Shown here in pieces: positions 25,630 to 36,000 of a stretch of 64,000 nt of DNA. The position numbers and the translations under genes are program-made. The stretch lies in the NCBI RefSeq assembly GCF_001447785.1, contig NW_015164664.1, positions 2,186,739-2,250,738 of the forward strand, written 5' to 3'. The stretch is from Gekko japonicus. Taxonomy: Eukaryota. The notes below the pieces were generated by a model. It was not told the origin of the DNA, searched no databases, and worked only from the letters and a program-made list of their open reading frames with translations. Position 1 is the first letter of the stretch. Each line of letters begins with the position of its first letter.

Positions 25630-26362
25630 ATGGATGGGAATTAGTTTGTGATGAATTTTGGCTCCTTCTTGGTTTGCAACTGAAGTTCATGGCAAGTCAA
25701 CCCGCATGAACTTTGCACAACTTTCAAGGGGTTTGTGGCGGTTCGTGAATGGATACATTTCTTGACAGACTGTTTCTGCTCAATCAAAATGCTTACCAAA
25801 CTTAAAAGGCAGGGTGAGGTTCCCTGTCCCTTTGGTGTGTATCGTTTGTGGGGGGTCCATTCTATACACTTTTGAACGTGAGCCTGACATTTCTCAAAAG
25901 CACTTTCCTAGGGGCATCTTCTTTGAGGGGCATAACTTGGTCTCCCTAAATCCAATCTGCACATAACTTGTAGAGGAACATGAGGGAGAGGTCTCCTATG
26001 AGTGTGATGTCTCTAGCTTGCACAGGGTACATTCTATACACTCCTAAACCTCCTGAATCTGTGGTGGTCATTTCCCAAGAAAGCACTTTCCTCAGGGCAC
26101 CTTGTTTTGTGGGCCGTAACTTGGACCCCATAAATCCAATCCTCACCCAACTTAGACGGCAGGTAGAGGAGAGTAAGCCTTAGACCCCTGCAATTTTGGT
26201 ATCTCTAGCACACCAGGGGGGTGGGGGCATTCTACTGTGTCATGAACTGAACTGGTTCATTTGGCACCTAAAAGTTCATGACCATTCATGGCTTATGGGC
26301 TGCCCATGCCACAAACCACAAACTGAAATGAACTGCGTTTTCCCAGTTCATGCCTATCCCGA
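25630..26362. mobile_element. Old hAT-like element with subterminal GAAC/GTTC repeats and an internal diverged tandem unit
   Basis: Degenerate ggatggg...cctatccc termini; repeated gttcatg/catgaac motifs; the aaagcactttcct...taacttgg...taaatccaatc block occurs twice. Confidence 0.5.
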
Positions 26363-26573
26363 ATAATGGATAAGATTATCTCTTCATGCAAGAAAAAATG
26401 GTGCATGCTTCAGGCATTGAGATCTTTCATGTGTCACTATCATACCTAAAAGAACTGCAGCCAAGGAGGGACTCAGTCTGAATTTGCCTGCCACTCACAT
26501 GAAAGCTGGTGGGTTGTTGGAGTATATGGATGAGAGAAGCTAATCCTGATCCTTCTATAACTTGCCTCACTGT

Positions 26574-27097
26574 GGTCCCGGTCACACGGGCCGGAAAATG
26601 CGGGGCAGAAGCGTAGCTGTTTGCCCCGGAGCAAAATAATACGCGGCCACCTGATCACATGTCCCGTCGAGGTTCCGTGGTTAGGGCAGGAGGTGCCAAT
26701 CACACGGCTCTCCTGCAGTGCGGCAAAGAAGCCGCGGGGCGCAATCACACCAGCAATTGCTAGGCGCCGCTTCCGTGGCAATCGGGAATATAATTTTTTT
26801 CACCAGAAGGTGAGCATGTGCATGATCGTTTGTGTGCATCCTGTGCAGACTAAAAAAAAAAGTAACCCATTTGCGACGGGACTAGGACGGGACGCAATCA
26901 GACACCCGCCCTTGCCTCGCGTCTTCCGGAAACTAGTACCTCATAGGTACTAGTTTTTTAATCCGCATCTTCGGCGGAAAGACACAGGATAGCCACGGGA
27001 GCACTATGCTTCCCAGATGTTGCGGTGTGATTGCGCCCGGAAAATCCGCCTATCATCCGTCTCTTTAGTGCGGCAAATGCTCCGTGTGAATGGGGCC
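26574..27097. mobile_element. PIF/Harbinger-type MITE, copy 2
   Basis: TIRs ggtcccggtcacacgg / ccgtgtgaatggggcc, 3-bp TSD TGT, same internal hairpin. Confidence 0.75.
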
Positions 27098-27960
27098 TGT
27101 GCTCTGCTATGTGAGGCATATTGTCTCCTGGTCAGGTTCTGATAGAGGAAGTCAATCAGGTTGGGAGGAAATAGTGTGCAGTGGGTTTCGGCACAGGAAG
27201 AAGGATTGTTTCGATCCCCTGGCCCCATGCTCCATTTTTGTAAAATAAAATAGACATCCACCTACCCATACAGTGAGGATCCCATTAAAAGAAAAAAAAG
27301 TTTGCCCACAAATTATTGTAAGCCACCCTAAACCAAAAGGAAAAGCAGGATATAAATGGCTGGATGAATGAATGATGCAATTCATGCTTCCCTGAGAATT
27401 TTAATTACCTCTGAAAAAGGAGCACTTTCTCCTAACTGTTTGAAATTTGGGAGGAAGGATCCTTTGGATGAGGGCTACAAGCCATGAGAATTCCATCACT
27501 ATTGGCAGGGTGAGTTACACAGAAATGTGTTTCCCATTGAAACCAATTGTATCAACTATCAAATGGATGTCTTAAAATGACTGGATATAATTCTGCTATT
27601 CAAAACCCAGGGCAAACTCTTAAACAGATCTGATTTAGTTTCACACACAGGTATTGTCCAGAGCTCTCTGACATGTCTATAGCATATAATACCCTGTCCC
27701 GAGCTGAATATTACACACATTATTCATTCTCCTTGGTCCTTCTTTTCCCTAATGCCAACCCTCCTTCCTTAACTTTTATACCTTCCATGTCTATCCATCT
27801 CCCAAATATCTTCTCATCTTGCTTTCTACTCAGACGCCTTCTTTCAGTCGCCCTGGATATGTGACCTTTCTGCTTATCTTCCCAACTCACAGCCTCCTCC
27901 CCTCTCTCTGCAGTTCCTCTTCTCCCGCCAGCACACAAGTCTTTCCTGTTGGGATACTTA

Positions 27961-28474
27961 GGCTGCGGTCACACGGAACAGTAGCCACACTAGAGAGACA
28001 GAAGATAGGCGGATTTTCTGGGTGCGATCTCACTGCCACATCTGGGAAGGAGCTCCTGTGGCTCAACCGAGGCTTCCCTCCAAAGATGCGCGGCAAAAAA
28101 CTAGTACCTCGGAGGTACTAGTTTCCGGAAACCGCGGGGCAAGGGCGGGCGTCTGATTGCGTTTCCGGTGGCATCCGGCGCCCGCCCATGTCCCCTCGCA
28201 AACAGGTCATTTTCCCCCCAAGGCTCCACAGATGCGCACAAGCACCCAACGGAGCATGCGCACACTTCAGTTTTTAAAAGTTTTTTTTTAAAAAAAACCT
28301 GTTTGCCGCCCCGCCCCGCTTCTTTGCCTGTGGTGTGATCAGCACCTCCCCCCTGGCCACGGGACTTTGACGGGACCTCAACCGGATGCCTGATCTCACA
28401 GTCGCGCGTTAGTTTGCCCCGGGGCAAACAGCCACGCTTCCCCCCCGCATTTTCCAGCCCGTGTGTCCGGGGCC
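27961..28474. mobile_element. PIF/Harbinger-type MITE, copy 3 (inverted)
   Basis: TIRs ggctgcggtcacacgg / ccgtgtgtccggggcc, TSD TTA, same hairpin. Confidence 0.8.
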
Positions 28475-30904
28475 TTAGTATAGCAGAGTTTTGCCCAATC
28501 ATAAAAGCATGATACTAAGTGTAGTGCACAAATCTCCCAAGAAGTATGTTGCAAAAAAAAAAAGTAAACTTACATTTATTCAAGTAGATCCAGTTCACAT
28601 TCAGGATGCAGTAAAAAGAAGAGAGAGAAGCCTAATCTAAAGAGTACTTTTCCTATTACAAAATGACCAGCTTGTCCAGCATCATGTGTGTGGGAGTATG
28701 AGGGCACTGTACCTACGGGAGAGACCTGCAGAGATGTGTGTCTCCATGGAAGGCCATGTGATACAAGAGAGAGAAGACAAAGGGAGAGAGAGAGAGGAGG
28801 AGGGGTCAAGAGGGCAGCTCCCAGGTTAAGACAAAAAGAAGCATCTCATTCATGGAGATGATACCTATACACACTTAGAGTGATGTAGCATCCCCCAATG
28901 TCCAGGCATGCTGAGTTGCTCACTCCAGCACTTTCATCCCTGGGCCCAATGTTTGGGTGACCTTTCATTATCCTTACAAAACCCGGTCTATTTGACAGCA
29001 GTTTCTCTGGTATACACTTTGCCCCCAAGCCAGTTAGTATGTTTGCAACTACTTTGTGACATCACTAACAATGGACCTCACAAGCAATAGTTGTAATGTT
29101 CACATATTGTCTTTAGATTTTCTATTTTATCTATAACAGTAAGCCAAAATATTTAGAAAAACAACATTGCCTGCTCTTCCCAACAACACACATACTCTTG
29201 TATCTCAGATTATGGAACCCCATTCCATGTGAAAGTGATATGGGCGTTAATGCTCCCAAGTGGGTGAAGGACTACAACAATGTCCTTCAGTGTCCCATCT
29301 TTCCACCATAAGGCAAGTTTACTGAAATTGTGCAGAAGAACTATTTACATACAGGTAAGGATTTTTCACCCCAAATACTGTAAATCAGATTAAAGTATAA
29401 ATCTTAGAATAAGATCCTACTAAATTGTTGGTCAGCTTGTGTTCCTTGAAGAGAGCCTCTCTTTACAACATATTCTATCATCCGTTAAAAAGATGTGTAA
29501 CGGCTTGGTAGGCAATGTGGGGTTTGGCCTGTTGCAGAAGGCACAGTGGGGAAGCTAAAACAAAATTTCTTGCCAAAGCAGAGGGGAATAAACAGCTGTG
29601 TGAAGCGTCTCTCAATGAAAGGACTGTGAAACTGCCCGGCCTTGTTCTCAGAGCCTGGCTGGCTCCCTGCTGCTGAGGGTTCCTCTGTTTGGCATTCCCA
29701 ATTCCTGACTTGCTGGGATGTGTCTGAGTAACTGCAGGGAGCCCCACTTTGCCAGTCGTCATGCCAGCGGCCTTTATATATCTAAGGCATGCCTCGTGCC
29801 AGCCCTCTCTCCCTGCCAGCAAATGATTGCCAATGACCTTGCCCTGTGCCCAGTAGGCTAGGACAGAAGAAAACAAGAAAAGCCCTGCAGAGTCAGACCA
29901 GCCGTCAGGCCTGTAGCTACTGTGGGTCCCATAGGGCCCAGCCCCCTAGCAGTTTTTATGAGGGGCCCTCCCCAAGTCTCTGCTCCCCCTCCCCTTCTCC
30001 CCCTGATTGCCTGATGTCAGAGGAGGCGGTGAGGCTGGGCTGAGAGAGTGGCCTGGGCCCAGGCAGGCAGCAACCATGAACGGCAAGGCAGAAGCCTCCA
30101 TCTCGGGCTGCCACCAGATGCTCACAAGGCAATCCACCAGCAGGTAAGGCTGGCCAGGCAAGGAGGCAGGTGGGCACCTCCTCTGGCCCTGGCCGGGTGT
30201 GCTTGGTTGCACTCCGGCATGCCAACAAGCCCATGTGCCAGCCCAGCTGCCGTGTGCCTCACGTCTCCTGGCCCTGGGTGGGAGCCGAGGGTGGAGGTCA
30301 GGCTGCCCCTGATGCTGTGCCACGAGGCCCACTGAGCAAAATATATTTTTCCCCCGGAGCAAAGAGTTGCTAGCTATGGGGCTGCCAGTGGTCCATGTAG
30401 TCCAACATCCCATCTCACACAGTGGCCTCTGGAGAGCCAGCAGACGGGGCATAGAAGCCAAAGCTTCCCCTATTATTGCCTTCAAATGTTTACTGCCTCT
30501 GAATGTGGAGGTTCCCTTTAGTCACCAGGGCTAGTAGCCACTGATTGGCCTGTCCTCTATGAATCTGCCTGGCCTGGCCCCCTTTTAAAGCCCAGCCCAA
30601 GGGAGCATCTAGCGGCCTCAAGCAGGTTCTCTGGAAAGGGGACATCACATTTTTCTAAATACAGCAACCTGTTTCTAACTGTGGCCATCCAGATGCTTCC
30701 CAAAAGCCCACAAGCCAGGCAGGAAGGTATCGAGATACACTGCCCCTGAACATGGAGGTCACATTTAGGTATCTCTGCTCATATAACCACTAATAGACCT
30801 CCCCCGCCCAGACCAGTGGCCACCTCTCACCACTCCTCAAAGCAGCAAATTCCATAATAGTGGATAGCCTTAAGTTCTCAATGGTCCAATAAATAGGACA
30901 GATG

Positions 30905-31020
30905 GACTCCCATCCTAGCTGTATCTGAAGAAGTCAGCCTCTGCTCACCAAAGCTCCCAGCCTGCCACATACTTGGTTAGTCTTTAAGGTGCTCCTGGAC
31001 ACTTGCTCTTTTCTACTGTT
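30905..31020 (+). mobile_element. Penelope-like terminal fragment with a mutated hammerhead core
   Basis: atCTGAAGAagtcagcctctgctcacCAAAgctc...ttggttagtctttaaggtgct; CAAA sits where the GAAA box is expected. Confidence 0.6.
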
Positions 31021-31418
31021 AAGTCCAAGTGTTATGGGGGGGGGGGAGTTGTCGCTACTTATTCTCTTCAAGCCACTTGCAATTTTGTAAGTTGTTAACT
31101 CAGTCTTCCCCCACATGGTGCCCGGTGGCCTCCTGGCACCGGCCAATGCATTTCCAGGTACCCACTTCTTCCCGGAAGCAAAGAGCCCATCCTGGGTTTC
31201 TTCCACTTCACTGGAGCAGGAAGTGCTTTTGAAGCGTCCCGATGGCATCGGCACCCCCTGTGCGGAGCACCCAGCCGGGAACAGCTGCCTCCAGCACCGG
31301 AGGGGGGGGGACGGGGGACGACGGACGCTCGGCTTGGAACTGCCCAACATTTTGTGGAGCCTCCTCGCGGTCTTTTGTGGTCGTTCCTGCCCTCCGCAAC
31401 CATTGTTGTGTTCTGGCA

Positions 31419-31612
31419 CCTGCTGCCACCTGTTCTCCAAATGCCAAAAATGCCCTCAAGTTCCGCAAGGGACCCTCTTCGTTGTCTGTTTCCCGGTCTC
31501 TGCAGCCGAAGATTACGCCTCTGCCTGCTGCCACCTGTTCTCCAAATGCCAAAAATGCCCTCAAGTTCCGCAAGGGACCCTCTTCGTTGTCTGTTTCCCG
31601 GTCTCTGCAGCC
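31419..31612. repeat. Perfect 89-bp direct repeat (31419-31507 / 31524-31612) with a 16-bp spacer
   Basis: Direct comparison; also visible as duplicated peptides in the ORF track. Confidence 0.9.
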
Positions 31613-31749
31613 TTTCTTGGGGAGGGGGGGAGGGGGAGAGGCATTCTGGCGGCCCAGTTCTGCCCTTCTTCCATCTGTTTTGTTGGTTTGTTTGAGATGG
31701 GATGCCCAGAAGGGCCGGCACTGCCTTTTCCGAATGCGGCTGCCCTGAA

Positions 31750-33050
31750 GATCGAAGCAAGGGCATGAGGCAACTGCCTGGCCCTCGTGTCTGCACCCCC
31801 TCCGACCCTGGCATTCCCTAGCCCGGGCTTTGCCTTTCTCGTCTTGCCTGTCGCCTGCCCGGCCGGACGCCCCCAACCCCCCCCCCGCTGCCCCTCTTCT
31901 TCCAGCCNNNNNNNNNNNNNNNNNNNNNNNNNNNNNNNNNNNNNNNNNNNNNNNNNNNNNNNNNNNNNNNNNNNNNNNNNNNNNNNNNNNCCAGGTGCTG
32001 CTTCTGCTGGGCTGACGGCCGCCCCTTGGGCGGGCGGTCCCTCCCTCCCTCCCTCCCTCTCTCCCGGGGGAGCCCCGAACTCGCTTCCCGGCGGGGCGTC
32101 AGGGGGGGCGTTAGGACCCCGCGCGGGCGAGCGGGCGGGCGTGGCGACAGGAGCTGCTGCCCACTCGCCCGTCCGCTCCTCTCGGCTCGCCGCGGCGTCG
32201 GGCTCACTTGCTGGGCTGCCGAGGAGGGCGGGGGAGAGATGCCAGCCGGTGGCGCCCCTGCCCCGGACCACCTCGGACGAGCCGCGGAGGAGCCGCGCCA
32301 GGCGGGAGGCGGCGGGAGACGGCCGGAGCCGAGGCAGCAGCAGCAGCAGCAGCGCGGGTAGTAGCAGCAGCCGCCGCCGCCGGCGGGGAGCCCTCGGGGA
32401 GGACCGGCGGCAGGGCTCGCGGGGACTGGGCGCCCGCCTTCCTTCCCGCTCCGCCTGGGATGTCCCCCTCTCCCCGGGCAGCCGCGTCTCTCGGCATCCA
32501 CAAGTGGCCGCTCGGCGGGGACCCCGCCAGTCGAGGTCCGCCACGTCCTGCGAGAGGCCGTTCGCCCGGGGGACCCGCCGGGCTGGGGGCGCGGGAGGGG
32601 CGGCGAGAGGACGCCTGCGAGCAGAGGCGAGCCGCGGCGCCTTGCCTCCCTTGATGTGGACCGCGCTGCCCGTCGTCCGGGGGGGCCTGGGCTGCGCGCT
32701 TAGCATGTCCGGGAAAGTTCTCCTGATGTACCTGACCATCTGTCCAGCCTTCCAGATCAGGTGAGCCTCGGAGCTTCGGCTCCATCCTCCCCCCGACTCA
32801 CGTCCAGGGCTTCCCCCACTAAGCCTCCCCGCGGCGCCTCGGTCCCCTCGCTTGCTTGCAGCAGCTGCTTGGGCGGGAGGGGCGGTCAGCCGGGTCCTGG
32901 GGGGTCCGCAAAGGAAGCGCTCCCTGCCCTCGCGCTCCTTGCCTGTCCAGGGGAAGCACTGAAAGGACCGATTGCGCCAGGCTTGGAGGAGCCCGGAGGG
33001 GGCAAGCGGCAGGTGCGGGGCGAAGCAGGCTGGCCGGCTCCCTGTCCTTG
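31750..33050 (+). promoter_or_regulatory. CpG island promoter / 5' leader of GABRG4
   Basis: Very high GC and CpG density around exon 1, several GGGCGG boxes, and a (CAG)n/(GCC)n tract at ~32335-32382. Contains a small N-gap. Confidence 0.85.
32705..32760 (+). CDS. GABRG4: GABA-A receptor gamma-4 subunit (GABRE/epsilon counterpart), coding exon 1 (signal peptide)
   Basis: agcATG start; encodes MSGKVLLMYLTICPAFQI+AG, then a canonical donor AG|GTGAGC. It lies at the 3' end of a CpG island and its phase 2 matches exon 2. Confidence 0.85.
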
Positions 33051-36000
33051 TTTTCTCCAAGCCAGCACCTTTCCCGAAGCGACATGGGGAGGCTGCCTGG
33101 AAGAAGGGACGGGGTTCTGTTCAAAGACTGTGGCTGACCCACCGCAGGCCCCCTCTTTGGTCCCCCCCCCCGCCTGCTGGTTCCATTCCCCCCACCCCAC
33201 CCCATGCCACCTGTGCCTCTCCTGGGGTCATCATTTCCCTCCGGCTTTTCATTGCCTGGAGCAGTTTTCTGGTCTGGACTCCCTTGTGGTAGCCTCCGCA
33301 TTCCCCACCAGCACCTTGAACATCCTTTGACTATAGAGCGATACTTTTTCAAATACACCTTTCAAAGCATACCAAAGAAGACTCCTTCGCGGTTCAGGTC
33401 AACATTCTGTTGATGCCAGAAGATGCTCAAGCTTTGTCTTTGGAGAGCCTGTGGAGGCAGAGAGATGCTGTCATCTTCCGGCATACCTTTCTGGTTCAAA
33501 CGTAATGGCTGGTTGATGGTCTCCACTGAGCTTGGAGACTGCTGTGGGTGTGGGACGGGCCCCCAGCCTGTCCAGGAGGGCATTGTGGTTTTGGCCCAGT
33601 GCCTGGATGACTGTGGCAGGCCAGGGTGGGTGCAGGTGAACTGGGGCCGTGTGCTCCTGGTGGTTCCTCCCTCCCCCTGGAGTCTGGCTGCTACATCCTG
33701 CTCCAGCTAACGCTGAAGGGAAGTGTTGCTTCTTAGGTTTCCTGAGACCAAATACATTATTTTATCAGCCCAGAATACCTGGCGGTCTAACCATTTCCTG
33801 CAAGCAATTTTCCTGCCCACCCATTTGACTGATCTTCCACCCCAGCATGTAGTAGCCAGACAATGCCCAATAGGACCAGTACAGAGGATGCTGCCTGGTA
33901 CTGAGTCAGACCCCTGGTCCATCAAGGTCAGTACTGAGGCTGCTCACCAGGCTGGCAGCTGCTCACCAGGGTCAAGGGTCGAGGTCTTCCATATTGCCTG
34001 CTGCCTGATCCTTTTCGGTAGAGGTGCCAGGAATTGAACCTGGGACTTTCTGTATGCACAGCAGATGCTCCTCCGCTGAGCCCCAGCCAGCCCCATGGGC
34101 AGTTGAGAAAAGAGAGGGTTGTCAAGCCCCGTCCAGGGTACCCAAATGTCCTGCTGCGGCATTTTCCTAAAACTGATGTGAGGGAGGGAAGCAGACAGCA
34201 GTAGCGATGATATCCCCCAAAGAGAAGAAGAAGAAGAGATTGGATTTATACCCTGCCCTTCACTATCTAAAGGTGTCTCAGAGCGGCTTACAAACTCCTT
34301 TCCCTTCCCCTCCCCACAACAGACACCCTGTGAGGTAGGTGGGGCTGAGAGAGCTCTTGACAGAAACTGCTCTTTTTTCAAGAACAGCTCTTATCAGAAC
34401 TATGGCTTGCCCAAGGTCATCCAGCCAGGTGCAAGTGGAGGCGTGGGGAATCAAACCCGGTTCTCCCAGATTAGAGTCTGTGCACTTAAGCACTACACCA
34501 GACTGGCACTTGAGGCTGGAATCCGGACCCTTGGACATGGAAGCTGTGTTGTCTGCTTGGAGATGTGGGGCTGCTGTTAGCCAGGGGCATGGAAAAGGCG
34601 CCCTGGGTATGCTGAGAGGCACTCAGTTATCACTTTGTCCGTTCCAGGGCTGGACAGAGCGCTATTCCAGACACAAATTCTGGGATGAAGTCTTGATCGT
34701 TCCCAGCTTAAATTAAGCCTGTGCTTTGGCAACAGTTTCATTGTAAAGGAAGCTTGCTGTGCCCTGGCTGTAAAGGGCGGGGGGGGGGTGAGTGAGTGGA
34801 GAAGAAGCCCAAATGGAAGGAGGTGTTTCCAGTCTTCTTTGCTCTGTTGATAAGTTTAATGGGGGGAACAGGAAAAGAACATGCTGTCAGCAGATCATTT
34901 CCCTCAGCACTCCAGGGAAGAGAGATTTGACTGGCTGGAGCTAATGGACAGAATAAGCCGACTTAAGGACCATGAAATCCCCCTACAAAGGCTCCTGGGA
35001 GCTAGAGAAGGAAGCCCCGGACTGACCCACAGAGGGACATAAGGAGCCCCCCTTGCTCCAGGACCAGGCACATGGGTGGCACTTATTTCTATGCTAATGT
35101 TTGCCCCTGGCAGGGATCAGCCTTTGATCATTTGCATACATCCAGCCTGCTGGATGTGTGCAGATTGTATGCAAATTTAAATGCCCAGCTTGTACAACAG
35201 GGAGAACAGCAGAGGGGGGAAATGGGATTTCCGCTCTGCAGCCCCTTTTCCAGGGTTCCCCTTTTGACTTCCCCAAATCCTTAAAGAATGTCATTGGTTC
35301 CCTTGGAGTGTTTGGGGACTTGTTTGGCTTCAGCCAAAAAAAAAAAACCCCAGCATTTTCAGAGCAGTTTTGCTTTTGGTTGATTAATTATCTGGTTTGG
35401 AAAAACGAGAAAACCTTAATGAATTTCAGCACATGTGCGACTTAGCATCAAATGAAGGTGACCGATATTCTCTCCAGGTAATAATGCGGGGGGGGGGGGG
35501 GGGGGGTGAAATATTTTAAAAAATCATTGGAAAGTGGAGCCAAGCTGTGCAGAGATTGATGGCGATCGTTCTGTTAGAGAACCGGACGCCGTGTCAAGGG
35601 GCCAAGCCCTCTATTAAAACGTGATGCAAAATTCAGAGTTGTGTTTGATTAAGTAGCTATTTACCATGTCGATCATTTCTTTCTTTTCTCTCTCGTTTGG
35701 ATACCAAACACAGTTAACTTACACTTCCTCCCAAGAACTCAGCATAGTGTACTTCACTCTCCCCCCCCCCTTCATTTTATCTTCACAGCAACCCTCTAAA
35801 GTAGGTTAGGCTGAGAGAGTGTGCCTGGCCCAAGGCTCAAGGTAGAGCAGGGATTTGAACCTGCCTGTCCCACATCATGGTCTGATGCCCTGTTACGCCA
35901 TGCTTTTTCATGCTATGACATTAGATGCTTCTATGAAAATGCACCCAGATTGTTTGTGTAAAAAAGACATGTGACAAGCAGAGATAGAAGGGCAAAAATA

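Noticed and set aside
1-31000. 3' exons of GABRA3 or another upstream gene
   Set aside because: No ORF or spliceable segment with recognisable host-protein similarity; the short ORFs are TE-derived or random.
31991-33330. REST/RE1 silencer half-sites (CAGCACC at ~31993 on - strand, and at ~33310)
   Set aside because: One runs into the gap and the other has a poor right half (GAACAT); not supportable.
31095-33358. Many long overlapping ORFs (up to 499 aa) on both strands
   Set aside because: These are stop-poor, low-complexity frames of a CpG island, partly read through Ns. Only 32705-32760 has splice and homology support.
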